Assembly: GCF_009914755.1 (NCBI RefSeq)
Contig: NC_060926.1
DNA from: the human T2T-CHM13v2.0 reference genome, Homo sapiens
Strand: one strand, 5' to 3'
Length of the DNA stretch: 64,000 nucleotides
Each line of letters begins with the position of its first letter. Within the stretch, counting starts at the first letter, position 1. The translations under genes and the position numbers were made by a program. Positions 59,845-64,000 of this stretch are shown piece after piece. Under the pieces are notes generated by a model that saw nothing but the letters and a program-made list of their open reading frames with translations, searched no databases and had not been told where the DNA came from.

Positions 59845-61045
59845 TGAGGGTAGCAGGGTTTGGAGTCTCAAGCAAAGTGCCTTTTCCCTAGGAGCCAAGC
59901 CTCTATCCCACCAGGACAGGGCATTGGGCAAGCAAATCTCCCCTAAGATCTTGGTGCCCAGGATCATGGGTGGCCTAGGACCCATGCTTCATTTGGGGCC
60001 TTGGTAGCTTTTGTGGGACTATGCCCTTACAGCTCCTGTAGCCCTGTCATTCAGGGGCCTGTATAGCTGTTTATCTACTCTTCCCTTTTAGGGATGGGGA
60101 CATCTAGAGTCAAGTACTAGGTAGATCCTTGCAGAGGCAAGGCAAACTGTTCAGGGAGCTGAGTGATTCATGGCCAGTGGAGGAAAACCTTCCATTCCCT
60201 CAAGGAACCAGAAGCTATTTAGGAATTTAAGAAAGATATAAGCTGGAAAAAGAAGGAATATTTGGGGGAATAAACGCTAGGGGTGGGGTGGGTGCTGGGC
60301 ATAGTGGCTCACACATGTAATACCAGCTCTTTCGGAGGAGGCTGAGGTGAGGGGTCACTTGAACCCAGGAGTTCAAGGCTGCAGTAAGCTATGATCACAC
60401 CTGGGCAACAGAGTGAAACCCTGTCTCCGTAAAAAAAAAAAAAAAGCTGGGGAGCTTTCTGGGCCATATTGAGTAACAATACGTTTAGAGAAATGTGATT
60501 TCAGGTCTTCTACCTAAAACCTTGCTCAGGGGAGAGAGGCTAAAAAGATAGGAACCAAGTTGTTTTATAGGACCCAGAGAGCCGAAAGCTACCGAAATCA
60601 GAATATTCTAAGGCTTGCAGTAGTGACCCTGAGCCATGAGAAGCCAACATGACCTCACTTGGGAAGTGCTGGTTGTGACCAAAAGATTCCAGCTACCCCT
60701 CAGAGTCATCTAACTCTAGTGGGTCCCCACCTCCTGGGAAACCTGTCCTGGCATTTGTCTGACTGCCTGGGGGAGCTGGGCAGGTGTAACCCCTGTGGGA
60801 GTCAGTGGAATACCTAGTTCTGGAAAAGCCCAGAGGACTAAATGCAAATAATGGCTGATAATACCTACGCTTGGGGATGTCTTTCACCTTGCAAAAAATC
60901 TGGGAGCTGGAAGAGCCTGGCTCTAGAGACTCAACAGGTGCCTTGCAGCTTCTGCCTCCTTCCCTTGGCCCAAAGGCCAGCCAGATAGCTGGGGGAGTTA
61001 CTTTCTGCAAGCACTGCCTCTGGTCTGAGCCTGATGGGAAGTTGA

Positions 61046-61291
<246 letters not shown>

Positions 61292-61410
61292 TGAGGCTAA
61301 GCCAGGAATATTGCATGTACCATGGTTGGCGGGTGAGAGTGGGAGCTGAGAACTGGATGTCTCACAGTCCAGATCTCACATTCTCTGAGAAGCACCCGGT
61401 TCTCCCATGA

Positions 61411-61587
<177 letters not shown>

Positions 61588-61762
61588 TAGCTCATCTTCT
61601 TTTTCATGCCTCTGATTCCAGGACTAGAGTGAGAGGCCAGGTCGTTCTCTTCCAGTGCTATGAGGGGGAAGATCTTGGGGGAGTATTCCGGGAAGAGGGT
61701 GCAGCAAATGCAAAAGCCCTGAGGGGGCGCCTGCTAGTTCTGCTTGAAAAATAGCAAGAGTA

Positions 61763-63954
<2,192 letters not shown>

Positions 63955-64000
63955 TCAAGGACTTCCTTTAGTTATTCTCTTAGGATAGGTCTGCTGGCTA

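Overview
Primate (almost certainly human) genomic DNA, very Alu-dense. By recognition of the encoded proteins it matches the 2p11.2 block TCF7L1(3' end) - TGOLN2 - RETSAT - ELMOD3. It contains the complete TGOLN2 gene (- strand; 437-aa TGN46 reconstructed), the complete RETSAT gene (- strand; 11 exons, 610 aa reconstructed) and the first 7 coding exons of ELMOD3 (+ strand, head-to-head with RETSAT). The most striking structure is a ~6-7 kb inverted duplication (about 3590-9780 vs 28442-35232) flanking TGOLN2. It duplicates a tail-to-tail RETSAT/TGOLN2 junction reciprocally: one arm has dead RETSAT exons 7-11 plus the live TGOLN2 3'UTR, the other has live RETSAT plus a dead TGOLN2 3'UTR copy. 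The arms carry independent old insertions yet contain near-identical patches, suggesting gene conversion. Also present: a PEBP1 processed pseudogene with one nonsense codon, a chimeric U3 snoRNA-NDUFB6 retrocopy, Y3, 7SL and U7 retrocopies, a solo LTR12 upstream of TGOLN2, and a stop codon in the longest TGOLN2 C-terminal isoform frame. No prokaryotic-type systems were seen. Exon boundaries were read by hand; repeat boundaries and subfamilies are approximate.
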